A stretch of DNA of 62,174 bases, filler included, from Rhabdomonas costata (taxonomy: Eukaryota): the NCBI GenBank assembly GCA_019059605.1. It is 18 parts of 18 records of this genome, joined end to end, with 100 filler letters (N's around TTAATTAATTAA, not from the genome) between each part and the next. Parts side by side here need not be neighbours in the genome. Positions count along the whole stretch, not along the records: positions 10,389 to 13,761 come from JAHMHO010000949.1; positions 13,862 to 17,224 come from JAHMHO010000950.1; positions 17,325 to 20,686 come from JAHMHO010000951.1; positions 20,787 to 24,145 come from JAHMHO010000952.1; positions 24,246 to 27,605 come from JAHMHO010000953.1; 13 more parts are not named here. The stretch is one strand, 5' to 3'. Shown here in pieces: positions 11,265 to 26,586 of this stretch. Each line of letters begins with the position of its first letter. Within the stretch, counting starts at the first letter, position 1. The notes under the pieces are model-generated. The model saw only the letters and a program-made list of their open reading frames with translations, searched no databases and had not been told where the DNA came from. Both the position numbers and the translations under genes were made by a program.

Positions 11265-12910
11265 TTACTTGGCGGTCATCTTGACCCGCTGCTGCACGTA
11301 CCACGGCTGAGGTAGAAAAAGAGGAGTGTTGGATGGGGGCAAATAAAACCCGCAGAAATTGGGTGAAACTGCCACATAAACCTAATTAACCTCAAATATC
11401 CTATTGTACTGGCTCCCTTATCCTGTGTCTTTAACTTTTGGCAACCTCGGCCCCCTACGGCACGGCTGAGGTGGAACTTAAAGAGCAAGGAGAGGGCACC
11501 GAAGAAAGCCCGTACGGAAAACCAGTGGCCTTAATCCTGGGCGCACAGCAAAACCGCTCAAAAGAGGGCACACACACATACACACAAACCTTAATGAAGT
11601 CGACACCGGCCAGCACACCGGCACCGGCGATACCTCGGAGGATGTTCGCGCCCGCACCTAAGAGGGTGTGCAAAGCACCAGCTCAAGTAAACTGCAGCCT
11701 CACAGTGGCAGAAGCGACAAAAAACAAAACACCACAGTGAAGCATAGCCAAATGAGAGGGCGAGGCCCAAGCATGCCTGGCGTAATTTCCCATGCAAAAA
11801 CCACAGCGCCCATGTTGAAGGTATAGGAGAGGAGGGGGGGGGGGAGGGGGGTCAGAGGCATGCCCTTGAACAGGGAGGCCGCGCCCTCGTTCTTGGTGAT
11901 CTGCAGCAGGCAGTCCATGCTGCTCTTGTACTTCACCTTCTCTCCGGAGGTCATCATCATGCGCCTGTGGTCGTGGTAGTAGAAGTGGGGAAGGCGGCAA
12001 GAACGTAAAAGAAGCCCAAAGGTGAACAACCACGCACCAACAGCACATACACATAAACACTTTCGAATGACTGCCTTAACGCGTTCGGAGACGAACATCA
12101 ACAGGCACACCTACGCACGGTGTCCAGGGGGTACGAGGCCAGCCCAGACGCAATGGTCACAGCCCAGCCCAGAGCGAAGTTCACCACGAAGACATCCTTG
12201 TCACCCATCAGCAGGGGCTTCAGGGTGTCATAGAATCCAAAGTAGCAGCCTGTGTTTGCACCCGCACAAGGGGAAGAAAAGACAAAGCATTGCCTTCCGT
12301 CTGATAGAAATGGAAAGAGGACGAATGCACATCCACATCCAAATACGCAATGCACACCTCGGTACACGACAATCCCAACGCAGGACACCACGAAGCCGCG
12401 GTACAGCCCCGCAATGCCATCCGTCGCGAGGGTCTTCTTGTACACGTCGATGAGGCCGTTGAACTGGCGCTCACCCTTGCCGCCTGAGGGAGGGAGTGGG
12501 GAGGGAAAGAGAGGGGACTTCCGAATGGTTCATTGGAAGGGAGCCCAGGAGTGAGCAAAATGGCAAGAAGGCGCGCGCATGCACACACACACACAGCCTT
12601 TTGGAGATGCAAAGGATGGTGAAGAATTAGATTGGGGAGTTCCGGATTTGTCTGTGAGGTACCCATCTCAAGGAAGCACAGGAGTGAGCAGAACGACATG
12701 AATGCACGCACAAAATCGAAATTGAATGGAGTGTGGCAACGAGCGCACGAATGCTCACTCATGCCCTTCTGACATCCAACCCCCGGGCGCATCCCTCTCA
12801 GAGAATGGTTTCAGGACGACGCGCACCCCACTACTGTGGAAGACGCGGGCCCCCGATCACACAGAGGAAACAAACCCTTGCCGGCCTTCTTGGCGTCGTT
12901 GGCAAGACGG
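11265..12910 (-). CDS. AAC: Mitochondrial ADP/ATP carrier (3' part, 6 exons)
   Basis: Exons ~12910-12876, 12483-12358, 12249-12111, 11964-11864, 11657-11590, 11306-11265 give [42 protein letters not shown]...[16 protein letters not shown]...[45 protein letters not shown] is the AAC signature. Intron 11863-11658 is GC-AG. Confidence 0.97.
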
Positions 12911-13392
12911 TTGTGCCTCTTGGACGCGAACAAATCCATGCACGGCGTTATCAACAGCCTGTGACATGCCTCTCCAAAAACACGAGGGTCTAACTTCACC
13001 TCTTCTTCCGGACTGAACACCGGCTTAGAGTGCTCTCCCGGAAGCCTTCTTAGCATCACCTCTCCATAAGCGTCTTCTCCCACACCATCTGACTGCATTG
13101 CACCTAACCGGGGACCTTCTGGACTTTCCCTTGCCTGCCGTTGTTCTCCTTCGAATCCTGCTGAAAACAAACTAGGACAAAACTCTCCCCTCGAACCTCG
13201 CTCTATGGAATGTTCCGCTGCCCTCCCATCACCTCTTGATCTCATCCGATGTCTTCTCTTGGTCTCCACAGCTCTGGAATCCACGCCTTCCCTCGCTGCA
13301 CTCTTCCTTGCTTGCATCCTTCGCTTCTCTTCTCTCTCATGACATTGCCTCTCTTTTCTCTTCTGGACTGATCCATCCTTCTCTAGCCACAC
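12911..13392 (-). mobile_element. DIRS1-like retrotransposon fragment (start of the methyltransferase-like region)
   Basis: [34 protein letters not shown] resembles the DIRS1 motif EWxLxxxVFxxxxxxxGxPxxDLFASxxNxxL. It abuts an AAC exon with no usable AG acceptor. Element extent is uncertain. Confidence 0.55.
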
Positions 13393-14310
13393 CTACATGA
13401 CTTCTCTCTCTCTTTTCACCCCTACGTGATCTGGGCCGTGACACCCTCCCCTGCTCGGGAGAAAGAGAACCAACGGTTCTCTGACGACCAATCCCTCCTC
13501 ACGGCATCACTCTTGTGCTTCCCCTCTCCTTCTGACACACTCTACGGCCATCGTCTACACGATCATGCCTGGCCTCCGCGCTTCTCTCCGGTGAAACCCC
13601 AGTGACTCCTGTCTTGGGTTTCTTTCACCACACATTGCGCGCTTCCCTCTTTTCGCTCTTCATCTTCCGTCATGAACCTCAGTATTCTCGGTCCCTCCAA
13701 CAACGGTCCATAATCTGCTTCGTCCAATGCATACACCGCATAGAACATGACCACCCACCCCNNNNNNNNNNNNNNNNNNNNNNNNNNNNNNNNNNNNNNN
13801 NNNNNTTAATTAATTAANNNNNNNNNNNNNNNNNNNNNNNNNNNNNNNNNNNNNNNNNNNNGGGTGTAAATTGTTTGTCCAGCAATTGTCCATGTGTTTA
13901 AATTGCTCGGCCGTGTCTTCATTCTCTCCAACAACAATTGCTCATTGCTGCTGTATGCTTGCTGTTTATCGCAGTCAGCTTCCTTCTTAATCTCTCCAGG
14001 AGTTTTTGTGGCTTGACTTGGATGCTTCCAATTCCACCCATCTCTTCCGCGGTCCCCTTGTAGAACGTTTTTTGGAGAAGCGCGTGGGGGGAGGGTTAAA
14101 CGTTTAGCAGTGCTAAACGGAGCATCACCCCCATAAAACTTCGCAAAATTTATCCGCCCCATTGTCCCATATGACTGCCAAAATCCAGCAATGACAATTC
14201 CATTTAAACGTTTAGCAGTGCCCTCTCCAAAAATAAAGTTGTCCAACTCCCGCTCCCCGCCATCACCACACCACCACGCACACTCACACATACACTCCCA
14301 CGACGCTGCA

Positions 14311-15999
14311 GGCACGGATGGATGTGTGGCAGTGTGGGAGGAAACCACGGCCAGAGACAAGGCGGAGGAGCTGGCGGGGCGGCAGCGGGCGGTGCTGGGG
14401 AGCCAACAACTGCAGGCCTTGCTACGGGCTGAGCAGTGGGCGCCCGCGATGGCGCTGGCGCTCACCCTGAGGCACAAGAACGATGCCCGCTGTGTCGTAG
14501 AGGGCTTGCTCCGCGTCCTAGGCATTCACACCTGTGTTGCCCAAACAGAGAGAGGGGGGACGTAATCATGCAGTATTACGCATCTCCACCCCCACTGGTT
14601 CCTTTTCATCACTATTAGACGCTGCACACAAGAAAGACCGGGTGGTAGGGGGGGGGCTACCAATGGGATCGGCTGCTTGAAAAGGACTACACTGCATTGA
14701 TGATGAGATAGAACGTTTGTCTTTGGTGTTGTTGCTTGGAATAGGTGTGCGTTGCGCTACAACAGTGAGCTTTGTATGGGTCAAAGTGAGCTTTGTTTGA
14801 ATCAGGCGCTCTGCCCATCCCGCGTTTGCTATCTCCGCCTTCTCGCCTTCTGTCGTGGTTGTTCTGATTCCCTTCAGCCGCAACTGCGAAAACTGTGTGT
14901 GTGGCAAGGACGCGCATCAGAACAACATCTGAACGGACGCAGACCGGCGGGTTTCTGGTTTCTTGCTCGTTATGATTTGAAACTTCAGGCTGCGTGGGTG
15001 TGGATGTAGTTGTGTGGGTGCGTGTGTGGGTCCACCGCATGCCCCCCACAGGCCCGTCCCGTGGCCCTGTGGAGCTGCAGCGGGTTGTGCAGGGGCTTCC
15101 ACCGGATCAGCTAGAGCAGCTGCTGATGTATGCCCGGGAGTGGAACGCGCACTCCGTGATGTGCGCCACGGCGCAGGAGGTGCTGGGCGCGGCCCTGCGC
15201 TGCCTGCCCCCGCACGCCCTGGCCTCCTCCCACGCCATCACCACCTGCCTGGAGCCCTATGTGGCCTACAGCAAGCGGCACTACGCCCGGTGCGCCGCGT
15301 TGGGGTGTTGTCGCGGGGTGGGGGGGAGGTCGGCAGTGGATGCGACTCCTGCTCTATGCGTCCGCACGGTCGTGCTCTTTTTTTTGCTCATGCTGAAGTA
15401 GGACGGAGAAATCCGTTGTTCCCCGCTGTCCCACACACAGCACAAGAGCATACCTTCATTTTCTCGTTCGTTTCCGAATACGCGAGTATTCGCACTGCGG
15501 CGATCCTGTGGTTGTGATTGGCGGTGTCATCCCCTCTACCCCCCACGCTGAAGAGTTGAGGGAGGAGTGTGGTGCCGTCTGTTTACCCCGCCAGTTGTCA
15601 GAACTCACCCTTGGGCACTATGAGCTGTATATTTGTGTGTAGTATTTACCTGACTTCAGCACCAAGCGAACCTGGGTCCCTCCAACATTCGCAGCTTTTG
15701 TTCAAGTTGTGTTCAAGTGTTCAAGTGACAAGCCGGGCAGAAGCGCTCCGTCACAGGGGCATAATTTGCTGTGATTTCGGTGCATCCTTGTGATCATTGG
15801 GTGAAGGTTCAGAAATGGTGTGAAGGGTGTCTGCTGCCGCAGGCTGTGCCTTCTGTATGAGAAGACTTTCTTGCTCGACCGGGCGTTGGCCGAGCTCAAC
15901 CCCATCGGCGCCGCCGAAGGAGCTTCGGGGGAGATTGAGGAGGAGGGCCGTAACCCAAAGCCCGTGGGCTCAGCAGAGAGCTTCAGCACCTCAGGATGA
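14311..15999 (+). CDS. UTP13: U3 snoRNP protein UTP13/TBL3 (C-terminal part, 3 exons)
   Basis: Exons ~14311-14521 (GC donor), 15052-15289, 15843-15999. Last WD blade end GTDGCVAVWEETT, then Utp13-domain features QQLQALLRAEQWAPAMALALTL, LEQLLMYAREWNAHS...AQEVL, LEPYVAYSKRHYAR|LCLLYEKTFLLD, then stop. Confidence 0.9.
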
Positions 16000-17009
16000 G
16001 AAGCATTGCACGGGTGTAATGCGGCACCGGACTGGACCACGAGGAGAACCGCACTTCTGTGGTGAATTTCAAGGGATCTTTCATTTCTGAGTTTTGGCCT
16101 TTTGGTCAAAGCCAAGCAGCAAAGAGATTCTCTTCAAAAGGAAGGCGGAAGATATCACCGGTGGCAATCGGGTGATCAGCAGTCAGAAAGGTCAGATGAA
16201 GCCACGTCCCGCGTATTTTCTCACACCGGATTGTCTACTCATTCGGAGCATTGGTGCAATTACTGAGTCCTTCCCTGACTCGCGTCCGCATTCCTGTATT
16301 AGCCATTATCCATGTTCCTACACTTGTGCCGTGATAGGGCTACGTTTGTATGTCATTGTTGCCCGACGTCTTTTTCATCTTTCCTGCCTGGCATAAGGTT
16401 GCTCCTCTTTGCGAGATAATTTCCACCGACCTAATCTGCCCCATTTAAAGCAGAAAGACCGAAAACACTCCTAGAAACTGGCGCTGGGCGGTCGGGGGTG
16501 CTCCAAATGGGAATCGAAAAAGAAAAAAGTCTTTTGGAGGCCTCGCTTTGGATGGGCGCGCACAGCGCCCCTCGTTTTTGTTGGCCCGTTGGCTATATAT
16601 CGGTCCTTCCCGATTTTCCCCGCGCCCAGTGCGGCCAACCCTTAACTCACAGACTTGCCAACCCCCGCCTAGCACTCCCTCTTCTGCCATTGCCTGCGCC
16701 GCCGTGCGCCTGTTTCTTTCGTCTGCCCGCGCGCCTCTCCGAGAAGCCCCCCCCTCTCTTAGATTCGGCCCTTTTGTTCTTCTGTGCCTCCGCTGCGGCG
16801 TACTGCCTGGAACCCTGGCAAACTGTCCCCTTGGACACTTTATTGCTCATGGCAGGAAATCGCCATGTGCCCGCAGGCTCCTTGTATTTATCTACCAAGC
16901 TTTTTCTACGAATCCGCGGGCCGCATAATACCGCCAGCTGAATATTTTTCCGGCCGCGGAACACACACACACCCGCGCAGCACGAAAGGAGAGCGAAGCC
17001 AGTACGTGA

Positions 17010-17224
17010 GGAAATCGAGGACTCGGAGAGGCGGAACAGGAAGAAAACGAAGAAGCGCGGAAAACTCAGCCCGAGACCCCTGGACAATCAGTGGAGCGAG
17101 CATACCGTCGGGAAAGCACACCCGAACAAGAGCTGCTATCAAGGAGCCACTGGCAAGTAGAAAAGAGAAAATCCGACGGGCACTGTCTCTACCACGCGCT
17201 ACTGGGTAACGACGGCATGGAGTC
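17010..17224 (+). other. Possible OTU-like cysteine protease fragment (truncated by contig end)
   Basis: Open frame ending ...WQVEKRKSDGHCLYHALLGNDGME resembles the OTU catalytic motif DGxCLxxA. No start codon or splice acceptor found; a stop lies at 17007. Confidence 0.35.
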
Positions 17225-17324
17225 NNNNNNNNNNNNNNNNNNNNNNNNNNNNNNNNNNNNNNNNNNNNTTAATTAATTAANNNNNNNNNNNNNNNNNNNN
17301 NNNNNNNNNNNNNNNNNNNNNNNN

Positions 17325-20586
<3,262 letters not shown>

Positions 20587-21249
20587 GTCTCGCATTTCCC
20601 CCTCTTCATCCTCCATTCCCTTCCCTCCCCCCCTCCTCAATACACACACACTCTCTCTCTTTCCTTCAACTGCTCCACACACAACANNNNNNNNNNNNNN
20701 NNNNNNNNNNNNNNNNNNNNNNNNNNNNNNTTAATTAATTAANNNNNNNNNNNNNNNNNNNNNNNNNNNNNNNNNNNNNNNNNNNNGGGGTGGGGGGGGG
20801 GTGATGCATTTGAGGTGTTCGCGGCCAATTCCTGGGAACCGTTCATCGCCGTTCCCGGCAAATTCACTGAAGTCAGCCTCTAACACACCAGAGAAACACA
20901 GCAAAGGTACCCCGAATAAAAATATTGTATCGCACTGTTTAACAACGTTAACCTTTTAACAGCGCTGTTCAACTGTTTAACACCCCCTCTCCATCCCAAA
21001 AATGCATCTGACCGCTGATGCAGCGAAGGTGCTATTTCTGGATATTTGCAGATAGGAGTGCACCGCTTTGGTTTCTGTTTGGTTTTTTCTTTTGCGGAAA
21101 GGCGCTTGTGCACGCCTTTGAATCGCTGACCCGGCCATCCGTGGAGGAGCCGCGACGCAGCTCAGCGAAGGAGTATGCTTCTTGTCGGGCACCCATCCAT
21201 CTGTCCATTTAGCCCAGATCAGTAGAATTGTAAATCGGAGGAGATGGTG

Positions 21250-21640
21250 GGGATAAAGAAGCTTCATAAGAAGAAAATCAGAATCAAGAGCAGCTGAATG
21301 AATCTGAAATGCCAGTGGGTTGTATTGGAGAAGATGAGGTGGCTTGTAGCGGAAGTGCAGCACTAAGAGTTGCAGTGGACTTAGAGAAGGTTGTGGAGTC
21401 AAATATGGGTAGTAGTTGTGGAATCAGTGCATGGACTGATATTTCTGCAAGAATGTCGCAGGGGAAAGAGTTTGTGAAACACAATGTGGGGCTTTGTAAG
21501 GCCGTCTCAGACCTATGTCTGAGAGAGCTGTTCCAGAGATCAGGGTACTGGCAGTGGACGTTCCAAAGCCACCTGCGCAGCGAGATAATACCTAGAGTGC
21601 AATTGGTTGCGAGCAGAATTGAGAGAATAACAACATGAAT
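21250..21640 (+). mobile_element. Degenerate non-LTR (LINE-like) RT remnant
   Basis: VVLEKM...LRVAVDLEKVVES resembles non-LTR RT ILEK...FVDLEKAFDSV; interrupted by frameshifts. Confidence 0.3.
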
Positions 21641-22094
21641 GCGATCAGATTGGGGGGAGTTTGAAATCGATAATTGGAAGACAACCTCAACCTCCCCCTC
21701 CCCCCTAAAAAAATCAGCAGGATAGATTGCAGGGCGCTTAGCCTCTGACCCGCGAAAAGGGGCACATGTGCTTGATATGGTTTTTCGGTAGTTTCCACAG
21801 TCACCGAGATGAATGGTATGGAGGTCTGAAGCCCGTTTGTTCACACCCGTGATAAAGTGTTTCCTCCTTTTTCGGTCTTGTGTGTGTCCTGTGCTTTTGC
21901 CTGTAATCAGTAGTTGTTTGTGGCTTTGTGTCAAAGCTGCCGCATCTATCGTACAAACTGCTGCGGTAGTGTCAAACAAAAAAGGTTGTGAGGAAGCCGT
22001 ATTTTTTTGTGGGGTCAAGTGTTTGAACTTTACCACTCCTTGTACTCCATGTGGACAGGGGACAGCGCTGATTCTGTGTTTTTGCTATGTGCAG

Positions 22095-24074
22095 GAAGGC
22101 CGTGAAGACGGTGGCCCGCTCCAATGACGGCTGCTTCCGCACCCATGTTCTGTGCCCGCGGTGCAAGGTGGAGTGGGGACAGAACATCGAGGGCAACCCG
22201 CCCTACTTCTACACATTTATGATGACCGCTGCGAAGACCTTCGTGTGCTCCACCTGCCTCCTAGGCTCGTCGCTAAGCCCCCCTTCTCTCCCCGTCGTTC
22301 TTTTCATCTCCTTTTTCTCTGCTCTGTGACGTGGCCTCCCATTCATTCTTTGCAATCAGTTGCTTTTCGAATTCACTTCAAGTTCACCCACCTCCTCATG
22401 CAACGAGCCATATACTGAAGCAAGTTACATCGGAAAGTTAGAATTTATGGTGTAGCGGTAAAAAAAAATACGATGGACCACCGAAAAAACCAGCGTTTGA
22501 ATGTCACCATGAAATTTCTGTGACGGAATCCGTTGCACTTTATTCTCTTGCTTTTGGGGTGTTCCTTGCTTGTTTTGCACTGCACGCGGACCTGGGAAGT
22601 GGGTAGCTTCTGGACTTTTTGAAAAAAAAATTGGGGATTGTTCAGCTCTGCGCGTTGGGTAAGAATTGGCGCAAAATGCAATGAGAGAGAGTTCCGAGTG
22701 CTGGGAAGTGCACTTTGGGTGAAATAACAGATCTGTAGCCTCGTACAGTCTGTGGGGGCAAACACAGAGTTTGGGTGCATGTCCGCGATCCACCTGTGCC
22801 CCCATTGCCGGAAGCCGTTCGAGTACTCCCCTTCGGACTACCACCGCAAGATTATGTGTGGCAACCGGGGGTGCTCCTCAGAGTTCGGGTATGCTGCGAA
22901 CATCTCACCACCGTCCGGATCCTCGGACACGTTCGCCCCCCCACCCCTCATGTGGGCCTTCGTGGACTTTTTGCTGAGGCCGTGGCTCTGTCGGAAGCAA
23001 AACCCCATAATCGCTGGAAGATTATTTGACGCAAGCCTTCGAAAGGGCGAGAATGGGACCTCGTCATGGAGCCGTCCTTGTCTCACTCAAGAGCTGTGTG
23101 GGACATACTCCTCCTCCTTCACATGTGTATGTGTATGTGTTTGTGTTTGCCCCTCAGGTTTTGGCTGTACTTTGTCCCCGAGAACGTTTTGGATGCTCTT
23201 CGAGTGGAGGTTGGTTTCTCTTCTGGGGCAGAGTTGGGTGAGTGTAGGGGAGAGTTCCACTGGGGGGCCTGCGTGCGTGTCTCCAGTTGAGCGTCCCTCC
23301 GTGAAATCCTTCCTGATTGATTGTGTGGACGTCAAGGCCTCATTTTGTCGCTCCAGTTCCTCCAGCAGAAAACAGTTGACTTCGTACCTCCTCCTGCACG
23401 GAGGAGATCCCTGACTTCGGCTCGAAAAGCATTACCCTGTTTGCTCAGTGACCTCCCACTTGGAACCATTGGGCATACTTGGGCATACTCAGGCATCCTT
23501 GAAACCTTGAAGGAATGGAAGTTTTTCGGGTCCAATACTGTACGGGTCCAATGGGTGCAGCCTCCAATACGACGCTACGCAAAGGAGCTTGGTCATTTTG
23601 ATGCCTCATCGAGGTATGCCTTTTTTTTACAAGACCATTGCAGGCCTTCATACTGGACCTAGGTTAAGCTTCTAAGCTTTGGATCGGGGCTGCTCAGCAC
23701 CTTTTGGGGTAGAGCTCAGGATTACTTCATGTTGCCACCCCAGTGGGCCGTAATGTTGCTGTCTGCTGAGCTGTATGTGGCTCCTGGTCAGTTGAACATT
23801 GGGGGGTTTTCAGGGTTTTTTTTTTACTCTTTAGAACCCCACTGTGGTGTCAGAAAGCGGAGTTCACTTATCGACAGTGAGCGCACTCCATGTTTCAGCA
23901 GCAATTTATGTATTTGAAGTGGTTCTCGAGGTCCTTTCGGTGGATGTTTACCGTCTGTCCCTCTGCGCCCTATCCCAGGTCAAGCGCTCTTTGGAGAGGA
24001 AGCTCAAGGAGGACGAGACCAAACGCCGCCGCGCGGCCGCAGCTCTGCGGAGGCTGGGCACGCAAACCCCAGAG
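22095..24074 (+). CDS. Unknown Cys-rich (multiple CxxC) protein followed by a charged helix (fragment, 4 exons)
   Basis: Exons 22095-22264 (GC donor), 22768-22888, 23158-23209, 23979-24074 join in phase: HVLCPRCKVEWG...TFVCSTCLLE|FGCMSAIHLCPHCRKPFEYSPSDYHRKIMCGNRGCSSEFG|FWLYFVPENVLDALRVE|VKRSLERKLKEDETKRRR. Confidence 0.8.
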
Positions 24075-24598
24075 GTTGGAACATAAATGCATGCGGGGAA
24101 ACCGGAAGACGATCGGACATCCACACTTGCCCCACCCAACAACCCNNNNNNNNNNNNNNNNNNNNNNNNNNNNNNNNNNNNNNNNNNNNTTAATTAATTA
24201 ANNNNNNNNNNNNNNNNNNNNNNNNNNNNNNNNNNNNNNNNNNNNGTGGTGGGGGGGGTACTAGCCACACATAGCAGAGGTTTGGATGCACATACAATGG
24301 ACACAGCATTGAAGTTGAGGTTGTGGCGCCAACAATAGCAACAATGGCGCGGAGGCACAAGGGTACAGTTGCTAGGGAAGAAAAATGAACAGATGGTGGG
24401 GAAAGGAAAGGTTCTTAGAAAAAATGGGGAGTGCATGAGGAATGAAAGAAGAGCGGCTGAGGCACTGAGGTGGGCGGAGTGACTTTTTTGAGAGTTCAGA
24501 GCAGGGCGGGGCGCAAAAGAGAGGGAACCCCTGGCTTCGCGACCATATCCCAGAGCAAACATCGAAGTAGGAAAGGAGTGAATGGGCGGCGGCACGAC

Positions 24599-26586
24599 CC
24601 TGGGGTGCGAGTGGCGACCACGTCCGGGTTTTGGGGCATATACCGCGCCTTGTTGACTTCGCCGGCGTGGGGGATGGTCTGCAGAACCTGCAAAGGATGC
24701 GAGCGTGTGTATACAAGTGTCCAAGGGATTTGTATTATGGAATCACAGCAGCTACCGAGCGGCGCACAGAGCATAAGCTTGAAAGAATTAAATACGGAAG
24801 CATCGCTACTTTCTGCCAACATTAGCTCCAAAGAGAGGCATTCTCAGAAATTGCACACACACACACACACCTATCTGCCGGCCATCTACAGAGGCCGAAG
24901 GCGCCCGTCTAACACACGGATGGCTGTACTTTCATCTTTCTGATACAAGTGGGGAGGCCGAGCATTGAAAGGGGAGAAAGGGGGAGCAGGTCACCAGAGG
25001 CAACACCGACCTGCGCCACCGGGGGGACTCTGGGCTTGGCCCCGTGCACCGACATCGACTCGTCGTACCTCCGCGGCTCCGCACTGGGCCTGTCCGTGGG
25101 AAGCCGCACGGACACCACCAACAGGCGCTCCTGCAGTTGAAGGGGGGGGGGGGAGGGGTAGAAGCGATTTGATTAGCGCATCAAGTAGGGGTGAGCACAA
25201 CAGTGATGTAGACGCACCAACCTCCCAAACACGCACGCAACCAATAAGAAAGGCAATGCAATTGTCATGGAAGCAAAGAAGGGCTTTTCGGCTGAGGATT
25301 TCCTTGGAGCTTTTTGAGAGGAAAGATGACGCGGTGCGGGGAGGGGAGCGTTTCAGGTTTGTTGTGGGCAGGCAGTCAGTGCAGCCAAGAGCTCCACGGG
25401 GGAAGGCGCAAACAATGAAAAAAATAACCTACCCATATCTACCCATCCATAATCTACCCATACAAGATAGCGCAGTACACTACTTTCCTGCAGTGGCCGT
25501 GGGGTATACGCTAAGAACTCGCTCTTTCTCACTCGCCTTCTGAAGCAAACCGACCTCTAGGTGGAGGAAGACAGGCAAAATTGGAGCCAACGCTTCGTTC
25601 CATGCCCACTGAAATGCCTAAGCCGTATAACCGTATAAGGCATAGGTGCATATAAGCACCGCGACTCCCCACCCGCAGCGTTCAGAGCTTTATGAATAAA
25701 ACACAACTATCAACAACAACATACATTAAGCAAGAAGAACATTCCTCAATGAACCTCTCTGCAGTGTCCTGGAGGGACGTTTGACGGGAGGGGGGAGGGG
25801 GGAGAATGGGCCGGCTTACTGTGTCCGCTCCCGAAGTGTGAGTGCCCAGCAACATCTTCTGCCGCTCAAATCCCGCCTCGTCGGGCTCGATGTGGGGGAG
25901 CCACTGCACGGTTAGCGACGGCCAGTGCAAGTTCTGAGAAACCACACACATACACTGAGTTGGGTGTGAGGGAAAAACACAGGTACGGACACTGTCAGGC
26001 ACCGAAATTGACTCGCATCCAGGTATTGGTCTCGCTCAGTCATAATGGTGAAGGCAACTCTACGACCCCACCGCAATCAGCACTTCCCTGGGGAACGCGG
26101 GGCCAGCAGGTGCCTCGGGTTGGGCACATACGTTGCCTTCGGCATGCAGGACTGACGGGAGACTCGTTCAATGGCGAAACTTGAATCAACGGCGAGATTA
26201 AGTGCTGAACAGAGTAGACCGCAAACAGATGCTCTTTGCTGACACCCGCAGAAACCTAACAAAACGGCACAAACCCAACTCGGGTTTTGGAGTTGCTTCC
26301 TGTCCGCCGGCAGAAGGGGAAGCAATAATGAGCTACTGAGTTTCATAGAGAGGGTGGAAGGGAAGCAGTGATAGGTAATGGATATAGGCATGACTGAGTG
26401 CCCAGAGGGCCGCGGATTCCGCTTTGCCGGATTTCCCGTGAGCAAGACGACGAATAGAGAGAGAGAGGGAGGGAGGGAGGAGGAAGAGACCTGGGTCAGG
26501 GCCAGATCATACAGAAAGGATACATTGCCGCACCACGTGCGGTACTCTTGCAGCACCCCCTGCGGGCTGAGGTCGTCGGGTCTCAT
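24599..26586 (-). CDS. Histone-binding WD40 protein of the RBBP4/MSI1 family (5' part, 4 exons)
   Basis: Exons 26586-26491, 25933-25820, 25130-25011, 24687-24599: QEYRTWCGNVSFLYDLALTQ|NLHWPSLTVQWLP...MLLGTHTS|...|IPHAGEVNKARYMPQNPDVVATRTP, all hallmark RBBP4/CAF-1C motifs. Confidence 0.93.
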
